From contig NJBF01000040.1 of the NCBI GenBank assembly GCA_003144275.1, forward strand, positions 1 through 32,000: a DNA stretch of 32,000 nucleotides. Direction: 5' to 3'. This DNA comes from Candidatus Heimdallarchaeota archaeon B3_Heim. Its GTDB lineage: Archaea; Asgardarchaeota; Heimdallarchaeia; Hodarchaeales; Hodarchaeaceae. The first letter of the stretch is position 1. The number at the start of each line of letters is the position of its first letter. Below the pieces are notes generated by a model. The model searched no databases, was not told where the DNA came from, and saw only the letters and a program-made list of their open reading frames with translations. This document shows positions 8,477 to 16,968 of the stretch, piece by piece. Both the position numbers and the translations under genes were made by a program.

Positions 8477-10740
8477 TGATCTCTGAATTCATTAAGAAAA
8501 TCAAGAATACATCTTATTATAAAGACCAAATTATATTCCAAAGGAGTATTCCTGAGAAAGACCCCCAATTTGGATCGCTTGCCTTCCAATTAGCTCCAGA
8601 ACTTGAGCAATGGCTGCGAGAGAACGAATGGAAGCTTTATTCTCACCAAGCCGATGCCCTGAATATTATAAATAAAGGAAAAAATGTTGTTGTAACCACT
8701 TCAACAGCATCGGGTAAAACATTAATTTTTTCATTGGCGGTAGCTCAAGCAATCACTCAAAGAGAAAATTCAACAGCATTATTCTTATATCCTATGAAAG
8801 CCCTAGCTAATGATCAGCTCAGTAAAATGGAAGAACTGAACGCAGTGTTGGAGGGGAGACTGCGACCTTTTATTTATGATGGAGACACACCATCCGAAAG
8901 ACGACCAGCGATTCGAAATACGGCCCGGGTTATTATCTCAAATCCATATGCCTTCCATCGCTATTTAGACTGGCATTCAAAGTGGGAACGATTTTTTCGA
9001 AATCTAAGATTTATAGTTATTGATGAGGCACATACCTACCGAGGAGTGTTTGGTTCAAATGTAGCACAACTTATTCGGAGATTACAACGGATCTGTGAAT
9101 TTTATCGTTCCCAACCACAATTTATTCTCTCTTCAGCTACAATAAACAATCCAAGAGAATTTGCTGAGAAGCTTATTGGTACTCCTCTTCATATCATCAC
9201 GAACGATGGTTCTCAGCAAGGTTCAAAGGAATTAGTTATATGGAACCCTCCCTTTGTCGATCAGTTTAATTCAAAACGAAGATCACCACATCAAGAGACA
9301 CGTGATTTACTTTTTAGCCATTTAAGTGAACATTATCAGACGCTTTGCTTCACCCTTTCAAGAAAAATGTCGGAAATCATTGCAGTCTGGGCGCGTCAAG
9401 ATCTCGAGAAGCACGAATTAGATCCTGAACAAGTAATGGCTTATCGAGCAGGGTATCGTCCCCTAGAACGAAGGAGAATTGAGAGCCAATTAAGGAATCG
9501 GGAAATATCTGCAGTCGTTAGCACAAATGCTCTTGAAGTAGGTATTGATATTGGCAATCTAGATGCAGTGCTTCTAAGTGGATTCCCAGGTACAATAATT
9601 TCAACTTGGCAACAAATCGGACGTGTCGGTAGAACTACTCGTCCTTCTCTTGCCACTCTAATTCTCTTTGAAGACGCTTATCAGCAGTTCTTAGGGCGTC
9701 ATCCAGAATATTTCCTAGAGAAGACCCCTGAGAATGCTATAATTGATTTAAACAATCCATATATCGTAAAAGGACACATTTTGTGTGCAGCTTCAGAACT
9801 ACCTATTAAAAAAGCTGAAATCAGCAAAATATGGGGAGAAGTTGGGATGAAAGTTATCAAAGAGTTATTAAATCAGGATGTACTAAAACTAGTTCCTGCA
9901 GGTATAGTTCCCAAGTCAATTAAGCATCCTTCACAACAAGTCAGTTTAAATTCAGCATTTACAGAGTCTATTGAGATTATAGTGAGTGAAAAGTTGTTAG
10001 AAACGATGACAACGGCCCAAGCATATCGTGAAGCGCATGAGGGAGCGATTTTAATCCATCAAGGGGAGAAATATCTTATTGAGACTATTGATTGGGAGAA
10101 TAAGAAGGCTTATGCATCTCCCCATCGGGTTGATTATTATACAGAAGCCATTTCTATAAGTGATGTAGAAATTATTGCCCAAGAAAACGAAAAGGATATT
10201 GGGTACTTATTGACCTTTGGTGAAGTTAAAGTAACTGAGTTCTATCATTCCTACAGAAAAAAAACATACGATGAAGTGCTTGAAATAGTACCATTCGACC
10301 TTCCCCCACTGGAATTTAATACGAAAGCTGTGTGGATTAATCTTCCTTCATCTATAGTAACTAAAGTAAAAGCGGAGAAGAAAGATTTTTCTGGGGGAAT
10401 TCATGCATTAGAGCATGCAACGATCGCTTTATCTCCCTTATTTGCTCTTTGTGATCGCTGGGATATCGGAGGCACGTCTTACCCTAATTTTCCAGATGAT
10501 GGAACAGCTAAAATCTTTATTTACGATGGATTCCCGGGGGGCATTGGAATTGCAGAACAATTATTCGAAAAGTGGGAAGTCCTCTTATCAAATGTGCTAC
10601 AGCTAATCCAAGAATGTCCTTGTAGTGAGGGATGTCCTTCTTGCATTCAATCGCCTAAATGTGGTAATGATAACTTTCCTCTAAGTAAAGAAGTGGCAAT
10701 TGACCTTTTGAAAGAATTAAAATTGCTTTCAAAGAACTGA
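8476..10740 (+). CDS. SF2 DEAH-box helicase with C-terminal DUF1998 (MrfA/YprA/SftH/Hrq1 family)
   Basis: TSTASGKT, YPMKAL, DEAH, SAT, YRAGY, TNALEVGIDIG, QQIGRVGR, HALEH, IYDGFPGGIG and the Zn-binding CPCSEGCPSC..SPKC. The GTG start shares one base with the rad50 stop (TAGTG). Confidence 0.93.
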   Translation: MISEFIKKIKNTSYYKDQIIFQRSIPEKDPQFGSLAFQLAPELEQWLRENEWKLYSHQADALNIINKGKNVVVTTSTASGKTLIFSLAVAQAITQRENSTALFLYPMKALANDQLSKMEELNAVLEGRLRPFIYDGDTPSERRPAIRNTARVIISNPYAFHRYLDWHSKWERFFRNLRFIVIDEAHTYRGVFGSNVAQLIRRLQRICEFYRSQPQFILSSATINNPREFAEKLIGTPLHIITNDGSQQGSKELVIWNPPFVDQFNSKRRSPHQETRDLLFSHLSEHYQTLCFTLSRKMSEIIAVWARQDLEKHELDPEQVMAYRAGYRPLERRRIESQLRNREISAVVSTNALEVGIDIGNLDAVLLSGFPGTIISTWQQIGRVGRTTRPSLATLILFEDAYQQFLGRHPEYFLEKTPENAIIDLNNPYIVKGHILCAASELPIKKAEISKIWGEVGMKVIKELLNQDVLKLVPAGIVPKSIKHPSQQVSLNSAFTESIEIIVSEKLLETMTTAQAYREAHEGAILIHQGEKYLIETIDWENKKAYASPHRVDYYTEAISISDVEIIAQENEKDIGYLLTFGEVKVTEFYHSYRKKTYDEVLEIVPFDLPPLEFNTKAVWINLPSSIVTKVKAEKKDFSGGIHALEHATIALSPLFALCDRWDIGGTSYPNFPDDGTAKIFIYDGFPGGIGIAEQLFEKWEVLLSNVLQLIQECPCSEGCPSCIQSPKCGNDNFPLSKEVAIDLLKELKLLSKN

Positions 10741-10770
10741 ATGCTTTCAGTAAATGGGGATAGTTCATTT

Positions 10771-10992
10771 TCAGACCAATCGAATCCGAGGATCCAAATA
10801 GCCATACAATAGGTCAACAACTAGATTTGTTAAGACAAAAATCAGAGCAGAAATTATTACAAAACCTTGGATTATCACCATATCTATTGAATTGATTCCA
10901 TCTGTAGCAAACGTACCTAATCCTGGCCACTTAAAGACAGTCTCAATCAGTACAGACCCTGTAAGTAATGTGGCTAGAATAATAGATCCAAT
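10771..10992 (-). pseudogene. 3' remnant of a peptide/nickel ABC transporter permease (DppB/OppB family)
   Basis: Hand translation: IGSIILATLLTGSVLIETVFKWPGLGTFATDGINSIDMVIIQGFVIISALIFVLTNLVVDLLYGYLDPRIRLV*. This matches the DppB C-terminus (ETVFxWPGLG...DLLYxxLDPRIR). An in-frame TAA at 10993-10995 lies immediately upstream and there is no start codon for the homologous region. Confidence 0.85.
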
Positions 10993-11021
10993 TTAAATAT
11001 ATTTACTGATGCAAGAACGAT

Positions 11022-11044
11022 TTGGAACTTCTCTTCAGTTCCAA
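11022..11044. terminator. Hairpin, 8-bp stem and 7-nt loop, 25 nt downstream of the subtilase stop
   Basis: TTGGAACT-TCTCTTC-AGTTCCAA perfect inverted repeat. Confidence 0.3.
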
Positions 11045-11068
11045 CAGGAATCAAATGGTTCAACACAG

Positions 11069-14000
11069 TTATGAGTTGAATGTTTTTCCACAACTACTAC
11101 AAAACTTTGCTTCTAGAGGCATTCGAACGCCACATTGGACACAATATTTGTGCAATGGAATCTGGGGTTTTGGGGTGATTTCTAGGGATTGCTTACGTTG
11201 ATAAGAGTACGAATAGGGGTCATATCGTTTCCGTTCATTTCGACGAATAAAGTATATAATTGCAATCGTAACTCCCAGCGCAAATACGACTGCGAGAATG
11301 AGAAGGGGAATATCAATGAAGCTAGGATTTGATATTTGAAAGAAGATTGGTTCGAGAATTGAATTCCCTTGAGCGTCACGAACATAGAAAAGAAGAAGAA
11401 AATATTCCCCCTGAATCTTTACTTCTAGATCTTCCTCATCTGGTAAAGGTATAGGGAGATCAGGTACAGTAAATATACCTGTATGCACGCTACTATCTAA
11501 AGAGGATGGATTAAGAGTAAAACTGTCAAAAACAATTCGATCAGCGGCAAAGAGGTAATAATGGATAAGCTGGTAATAAACTTCAAATTTTACTGAGTTT
11601 TCATCGTATAAGCTAAGCGAAATCTCTATCTCTTCTGCAGGTTTCCATTTAGGGACATCTTGAAAAGTTAAGATTTGCAGATAATCATCAACAGTACGAT
11701 CCCCAATAAAGCTCTGAGACCCTAGAATTACTGGTTCTTCGTCAGGAACATAAAAATAGTCACGATCTGTTTTTATTAACATCGGTTGTTTTTGCTCATT
11801 TTCCCACCATACTTGGATTTCATAAGTGTAATATCCTGGATGCAATCCTCCTGGAACTAACCAACTCGTCAATTTTAAGGTCGAATTATAATTGTAAAAT
11901 TTCTCTTCAATCATGTAACTACTAGAGAAAATCTCTGAATCCAATGGAGGAATTATAACGTCCAGTGAATCTTCATATTGGCTGGAGATGATAAGAATTG
12001 CTGAAATATTGGAACTTGAGGTATGCGTTACGGCCACGTCTAACCCCCTATCAAGAAGAAGATCATCTGAATTATCCCACCAAGAGGGAGTAGGTATTTC
12101 AAGAGACGTTATAGGGTGGACTTCAATTTCTTCAACAGTCGGAATTTGAGAAGTAGAGAGAGGTACATCTGACGTAACATTTAATGTTCCGAGAATAACA
12201 TCCCCCACAAGGTTTATTCTCACATGTGTTCCATCAACACCAGCTAACGAAAAGTCAAGATAGGCAAAAGTAAGTGTACCATTATATGGGACATTAATAT
12301 CATTGATTTGTGATCCATTTTCGAGTTCGATTGTAAGTGAGAAATTCTGTTCTAAAGATGGGTAAATGGCAACCTCCATTGCCAAAGAATCTGGAGCTAC
12401 TTGAACATTGAATGTGGTATGATTTGGAGATAACCAATCCAAAACATTGGACAGAAAGATCTGTCCTGAGGTACTTCGGAGATAAGATGAATAAATCCAC
12501 TCTTCACTGCCTAAAAGAAGCACCTTTCCCTTCCCCTCTGGCTCCAAACCTGCCAGTACAAGTTGGGTGTCGACTTGAGCATAATGCGCTAGTGACTGGT
12601 CAGTTTTATTTCCGTAAAAAGCAGTTCCCCCCAATCTTGGAAGATTTTCTACTCCAACAAAGAATGGATTGTCACTACTTATATCTAAATCATCTTTTGA
12701 TAGAAAATATGGTACTGGAATTCTATCTTGTCCATCATCGATGTATTCAACTAGCTCTGTTCTATCAGAAAGGTTGAGAGGTAGATTCAAGGCACTAATC
12801 AATTTTTCATATGGATCGAGAGTGTAATATGGAAGGAAAGATGTTACTAATAGAATTGAACCATTATTTTTGTGAAAATCGATAATACAGTCAATTTCAC
12901 GATAAGTAAGGGGATCTTCAAGATCGGTTAGGACTAAGATTCCATTTTGGGTGAGATTTGAGCTTAGTATTGGGGAATTATAGTCAATTATATCATATCG
13001 AGAACTTTGGAATAGTTGATTCAAGTAGTGATAATTATAGAAATATGAATCATCTTTTCCAGTATGGTACGTATCCCAATAAATTTTCTCATCAGGTAAT
13101 TGTACCTCAAATGCTATGGGTAATTCAAAGGTCTGATCTTCAAAAGAATAACGAATAAACCCTTGATAGGAGTCTGGGGGAGCATTAAAGGGAATATCGA
13201 TAGCAAGAACCTTTTCAAAATAAGTGGCAGAAGATATAATCGTAGGAGAGAGATCAAAATCGATAAATGGAATTAGATCATTACTTACTTCCCATGTAAT
13301 TGTTCCACCCGTTCCAGTTACAAAGGGCAGAGTAATTTCAACGTGATCACCAGGAAATGAAACTGGTTGAAAAAACTCTATTTCATTCCCGTTTGCTTCT
13401 GGTACTGTGGAAATTAGCTCATAACCTGAACTTAGTTTCGAATTTTTTAACATGTCAGCTGCCATCCCTACATTTACCAGTCCACTTCCTTGGGTGTAAA
13501 TAGATTCACTACCCCCTAGATCTGAGGCTGATTCCTGTAAGGCTGCACGTATGGCATAAGGAGAAGCATCTGGAAACTGATCCAAAAGCAATGCTACTGC
13601 TCCACTTACAACTGGTGCTGCCATCGATGTCCCTGACAATACAATATAATCAGAAAGGTAAACATCCACTAATGCATTATAAGCCAAGTCAATTACCCCT
13701 CCTGATGCAAGAGGGCCAATGATTTGGTATCCTGGAGCCACAATATCTGGATCTGGTCGAAAATCATAGGTAGGTCCTTGACTGGAAAAAGAAACGACAT
13801 TTTGACTCCCATTTGTCGCACCTACTGTTAACGCTTTTTTTGCAGAAGCAGGTGTATTAATTGTCATGAAAGGAATAGAACCATCTGCTTCATTCCCTGC
13901 AGCCGTTACAACAGTAATACCATGACCCACAACAGAATTTACTGCAAGAGCTAGAATATCCTCTGACTCCCAAGGAGCAGTAAGTCCAAATCCTAAAGAA

Positions 14001-14782
14001 ATTGAGATTATATCAACATTTAATTCAACAGCCCTATCTAAAGCGGCAATTACTGCAGAGCTGGAGGCACTCCCAAACATATCAGCCACTTTGAGATTTA
14101 CTAACTCAGAACCAGTAGCTACTCCTGGGAAAGGCCCTCCACCCGCTGCAATCCCCGCAACATGAGTACCATGCCCATGTAGATCAGAAATGTCCTCTTC
14201 AGAAGAATATCCATAATCTGATGTTACAAATGATTCTTGATATCCGACGTTGACAAAATCTGAGTGTGAAGTATCTAATCCCGAATCTAGTATAGCTATT
14301 TTTACACCCGAGCCATCATATCCAGAAATTGTTAATGGAGATGCATTAATAATATCACTAGGGAGTTCATAATCCTGTTGTATATCTTGAATATACTTCG
14401 GGGTTAGTTCCTCTAATGAAGGTAATACTGTCATCAGTTTTGAGGATTGTACACGAGAGAATATTTGTCCAAAATCATTTTTCAGTATAGATAGATCATT
14501 TTGTGATAAAGAAACCTTACCAATATGTAAATTTTCAAAGAATTTTAGAGAGGAATTACCATTCTGCTCAAAATGTTCTTTTAAAAGCTCCTTTTCTTCT
14601 GGGTGGTATGTAAATAAATAAACAGAAGTACTCTCGATATTTGAAGACATATTAACAGAGTTATCCGTTGATATTTGGAGCGTTTCCCCTCCTAAAGCGA
14701 CCTTCGGAATCGGGAGGATCATTAAAAGAATTAAAACTATTTTACTTGCAAGATAAAAGGTTCTATGTTTTGCTAGATTCAA
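11069..14782 (-). CDS. Membrane-anchored S8 subtilase, 1237 aa: signal peptide, propeptide, S8 domain, Ig-like domain, GATase/IFT52(GIFT)-like domain, C-terminal TM helix and zinc ribbon
   Basis: Catalytic triad ILDSG / HGHGTHVAG / SGTSMAAP, oxyanion AAGN; N-terminal hydrophobic stretch; TM IPLLILAVVFALGVTIAIIYFI followed by RRNERKR; terminal CVQC...CSSC; TTG start preceded by GAGG. Confidence 0.92.
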   Translation of the reverse strand: MNLAKHRTFYLASKIVLILLMILPIPKVALGGETLQISTDNSVNMSSNIESTSVYLFTYHPEEKELLKEHFEQNGNSSLKFFENLHIGKVSLSQNDLSILKNDFGQIFSRVQSSKLMTVLPSLEELTPKYIQDIQQDYELPSDIINASPLTISGYDGSGVKIAILDSGLDTSHSDFVNVGYQESFVTSDYGYSSEEDISDLHGHGTHVAGIAAGGGPFPGVATGSELVNLKVADMFGSASSSAVIAALDRAVELNVDIISISLGFGLTAPWESEDILALAVNSVVGHGITVVTAAGNEADGSIPFMTINTPASAKKALTVGATNGSQNVVSFSSQGPTYDFRPDPDIVAPGYQIIGPLASGGVIDLAYNALVDVYLSDYIVLSGTSMAAPVVSGAVALLLDQFPDASPYAIRAALQESASDLGGSESIYTQGSGLVNVGMAADMLKNSKLSSGYELISTVPEANGNEIEFFQPVSFPGDHVEITLPFVTGTGGTITWEVSNDLIPFIDFDLSPTIISSATYFEKVLAIDIPFNAPPDSYQGFIRYSFEDQTFELPIAFEVQLPDEKIYWDTYHTGKDDSYFYNYHYLNQLFQSSRYDIIDYNSPILSSNLTQNGILVLTDLEDPLTYREIDCIIDFHKNNGSILLVTSFLPYYTLDPYEKLISALNLPLNLSDRTELVEYIDDGQDRIPVPYFLSKDDLDISSDNPFFVGVENLPRLGGTAFYGNKTDQSLAHYAQVDTQLVLAGLEPEGKGKVLLLGSEEWIYSSYLRSTSGQIFLSNVLDWLSPNHTTFNVQVAPDSLAMEVAIYPSLEQNFSLTIELENGSQINDINVPYNGTLTFAYLDFSLAGVDGTHVRINLVGDVILGTLNVTSDVPLSTSQIPTVEEIEVHPITSLEIPTPSWWDNSDDLLLDRGLDVAVTHTSSSNISAILIISSQYEDSLDVIIPPLDSEIFSSSYMIEEKFYNYNSTLKLTSWLVPGGLHPGYYTYEIQVWWENEQKQPMLIKTDRDYFYVPDEEPVILGSQSFIGDRTVDDYLQILTFQDVPKWKPAEEIEISLSLYDENSVKFEVYYQLIHYYLFAADRIVFDSFTLNPSSLDSSVHTGIFTVPDLPIPLPDEEDLEVKIQGEYFLLLFYVRDAQGNSILEPIFFQISNPSFIDIPLLILAVVFALGVTIAIIYFIRRNERKRYDPYSYSYQRKQSLEITPKPQIPLHKYCVQCGVRMPLEAKFCSSCGKTFNS

Positions 14783-14995
14783 TGGAATATCCTCAACTTC
14801 TTTGTAGTGCCCTGTGACCTATTAGACTATTACAAATCTCAATAACTGTACAGAGAATCTCTATGTAAAAACGCTTGCTAGAGATTATCTGTAATGAATA
14901 TTAATAAATAATCAAATCTGCAAGAAATATCTTTGTGTTTAACTGAGATCACCTAGATCTAGCAAAAGAAATCGAGAGGAAATACTCAGGAAGCC

Positions 14996-15024
14996 TAAAA
15001 ATAAAAAAGGATCAAAAAAGGACT
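14996..15024 (-). terminator. Oligo-T terminator candidate for the 74-aa ORF
   Basis: Several T tracts on the minus strand immediately after the stop at 15025. Confidence 0.4.
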
Positions 15025-15249
15025 TTATTGGCTAGTTCTGTCTCTTAGTTCTTTCATTCCCTCATGTAGCTGCTTCGCAGCATTCTCTTTTCTACGTTGA
15101 TATTCTTGGTCAATTTGTATCTGTCTTTCTCTCTCTTGTCTGACGACTTTCAATTGATCTTCAACGGGAATATCGCTTTTCCTCTGTTTTTGCTCCTCTA
15201 CTGAACGTTTTAATCTTTTAACTATTTCTTGGAAATTTGTATTGCTCAT
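15025..15249 (-). CDS. Small highly charged coiled-coil protein, 74 aa
   Basis: ATG start, E/K/R/Q-rich helical composition, co-oriented with neighbours and followed by oligo-T tracts. Confidence 0.6.
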   Translation of the reverse strand: MSNTNFQEIVKRLKRSVEEQKQRKSDIPVEDQLKVVRQERERQIQIDQEYQRRKENAAKQLHEGMKELRDRTSQ

Positions 15250-15401
15250 TTTGAGAGGACGTCCAACTTTATGTTCTTCGGAGCCATTTCGTGAGTATTT
15301 TATTGTCGTAATTTTCTACCTTTTCATTAGGATTTCCTTTCTTATAAGGCTTATTGCTTTGACCAGTGTGGGTCTCAAAGAGATTTTCCAATAGAATATC
15401 G

Positions 15402-16361
15402 CTATCGTTTGGGAGCTTGGCGGACTCTTCGTGTTCTTTTCTCTACTAGATTATTTCTATATTCGCCTTTACCCAAAAAAGATTCAGAGGGAATTAACTC
15501 ACCTGGATAAATGTCCAGAGTTTTTTCAAAAAGATATTCCTTAAGATTAAAAGGTAATTCCGAAACAATCTCATCTCTAACCTCCTCAGGATCGATACCT
15601 ATCTTATATATTCGCTTAAAGAATTGATTAACATTAATTATATCGGTTTCAAGCATTTTGACTGCTCTATCAATACGAATTCGTACAGGTGTGTTAGTAA
15701 ATGTCTTAGTGTTATATTCTATGGATTGAGAGACGTCCATTGTAAAGAGCTCACCAGAATGTGTTTGAATCATGAGATTATGTTCAGAAAAATCGCCATG
15801 GATCATCCGACTTTTTAAAAAGATTTGAGCTATTATATCGATTGCCGAAAATAGGATTTCTTCTGGATTGAAAGATAAGAGATTTACATCCCGGATTAGC
15901 GGGGCTGGAGTCATTGGTGCAGAGGGACTTTCGGGGATAAAGTCCATTAAAACAATATTTTGTAACAAACCACGAGGTTTTGGTACAGCGGTGAATTTTG
16001 CCATTGCATGTAAATTCCAGTACTCTTGTTTCGCTGCAATCACTGCCATATCGCTAGGTAGGAGATGAATTGTTCCTCTAAGTCGTTTTTTGATGGTACT
16101 AGTATAATACCGAAATACTTTTGCACAGATAAGGCCATCCTTCGGATCCTCAGCCAATAAAACTGTCGCTTCTTTTCCCCCTCCTATAACAGAGTAGACC
16201 TGTTTTACTTTTTGAGTTTCAAGGAGCTGGGTTATTGCATCAGCAATACGTACTTCAGCAGGGCTTACTTTGAACTGTCGTTTTTTACGATGTTCCTCAC
16301 GTCCTGGAGCAATTTTTCCATATCTTTCAAATCCAATTCTTTGATTATGATCCGTGCTCAT
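15402..16361 (-). CDS. rio1: RIO1-family atypical Ser/Thr kinase
   Basis: GGGKEATV P-loop, CAKVFR lysine, VPKP, LMDFI hinge, catalytic IHGDFSEHN, metal-binding MDVSQS; no N-terminal wHTH (so not RIO2); GGAGG RBS at 16370-16374. Confidence 0.88.
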   Translation of the reverse strand: MSTDHNQRIGFERYGKIAPGREEHRKKRQFKVSPAEVRIADAITQLLETQKVKQVYSVIGGGKEATVLLAEDPKDGLICAKVFRYYTSTIKKRLRGTIHLLPSDMAVIAAKQEYWNLHAMAKFTAVPKPRGLLQNIVLMDFIPESPSAPMTPAPLIRDVNLLSFNPEEILFSAIDIIAQIFLKSRMIHGDFSEHNLMIQTHSGELFTMDVSQSIEYNTKTFTNTPVRIRIDRAVKMLETDIINVNQFFKRIYKIGIDPEEVRDEIVSELPFNLKEYLFEKTLDIYPGELIPSESFLGKGEYRNNLVEKRTRRVRQAPKR

Positions 16362-16369
16362 AGTACAGA

Positions 16370-16374
16370 CCTCC
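16370..16374 (-). promoter_or_regulatory. Ribosome-binding site GGAGG for the RIO kinase gene
   Basis: CCTCC on the plus strand, 8 nt upstream of the ATG at 16361. Confidence 0.7.
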
Positions 16375-16968
16375 TGGTGAAATAATAACCCATAAATTCT
16401 ATGATGGCAAACAGGATTATTCGAAAACGTTTATTTAAAGGCAATTTTTCCTTCAATTTTATTTTTCACCGTAAATTTCTGCTTTTAAACAGTGAGTCGT
16501 CATCTTTTCAACTGAATTTAAAAATATTTCCATCTAATCATCTATATAAGTTAAAGACGGTATATCCACTTATCAGAGATGAAATTACACCTAAATCTGT
16601 CAAATTTTGCATATTGAATTCTCCACGTTCAAAATTTAACCAATTAACTTAATGTATCAAAGGATACCTACTTTTCAAGCCATTTAATCAAAAAAGATCC
16701 ATCTATCAAGGAAATCTCAAGCTAACTTTGCAAACAAATTGAATATCCTTGAGAAAAGAGAGATTATTTCCTTAACTCACGTTACCCGCGGTTTGTGTGC
16801 AAGTAGACTTGACTAAACGGATTTTCATTATCATTTTATTTCTTAACATTGCACCAATTCACCTCGGAGTTTTAGTTTTCATAAACAAGACGGAAAAATG
16901 GTCTCGTGCATTATAATTGATAATTCATGCAAGATGAAAACTCAAATTATGTGTTATAAAGTCTTTCG

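Noticed and set aside
8476-10740. DISARM (DrmAB) or Druantia assignment for the DUF1998 helicase
   Set aside because: Helicase and DUF1998 are in one ~750-aa chain of MrfA/Hrq1 type; no methyltransferase, DrmC/D or Dru genes are nearby.
10993-11066. Possible frameshifted upstream part of dppB ('NHLIPV' resembling NALIPV)
   Set aside because: The similarity is limited to about 5 residues and the following sequence does not match; likely chance.
12412-12777. 121-aa plus-strand ORF inside the subtilase, representing the many 60-131 aa antisense/alternate-frame ORFs in the track
   Set aside because: All lie within longer motif-supported genes and show no motifs; treated as shadow ORFs.
16401-16652. 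83-aa ORF in the rio1 upstream gap
   Set aside because: Composition reflects AT-rich non-coding DNA (F/L/K/N/S-rich), with no RBS or motif; it overlaps the likely rio1 promoter.
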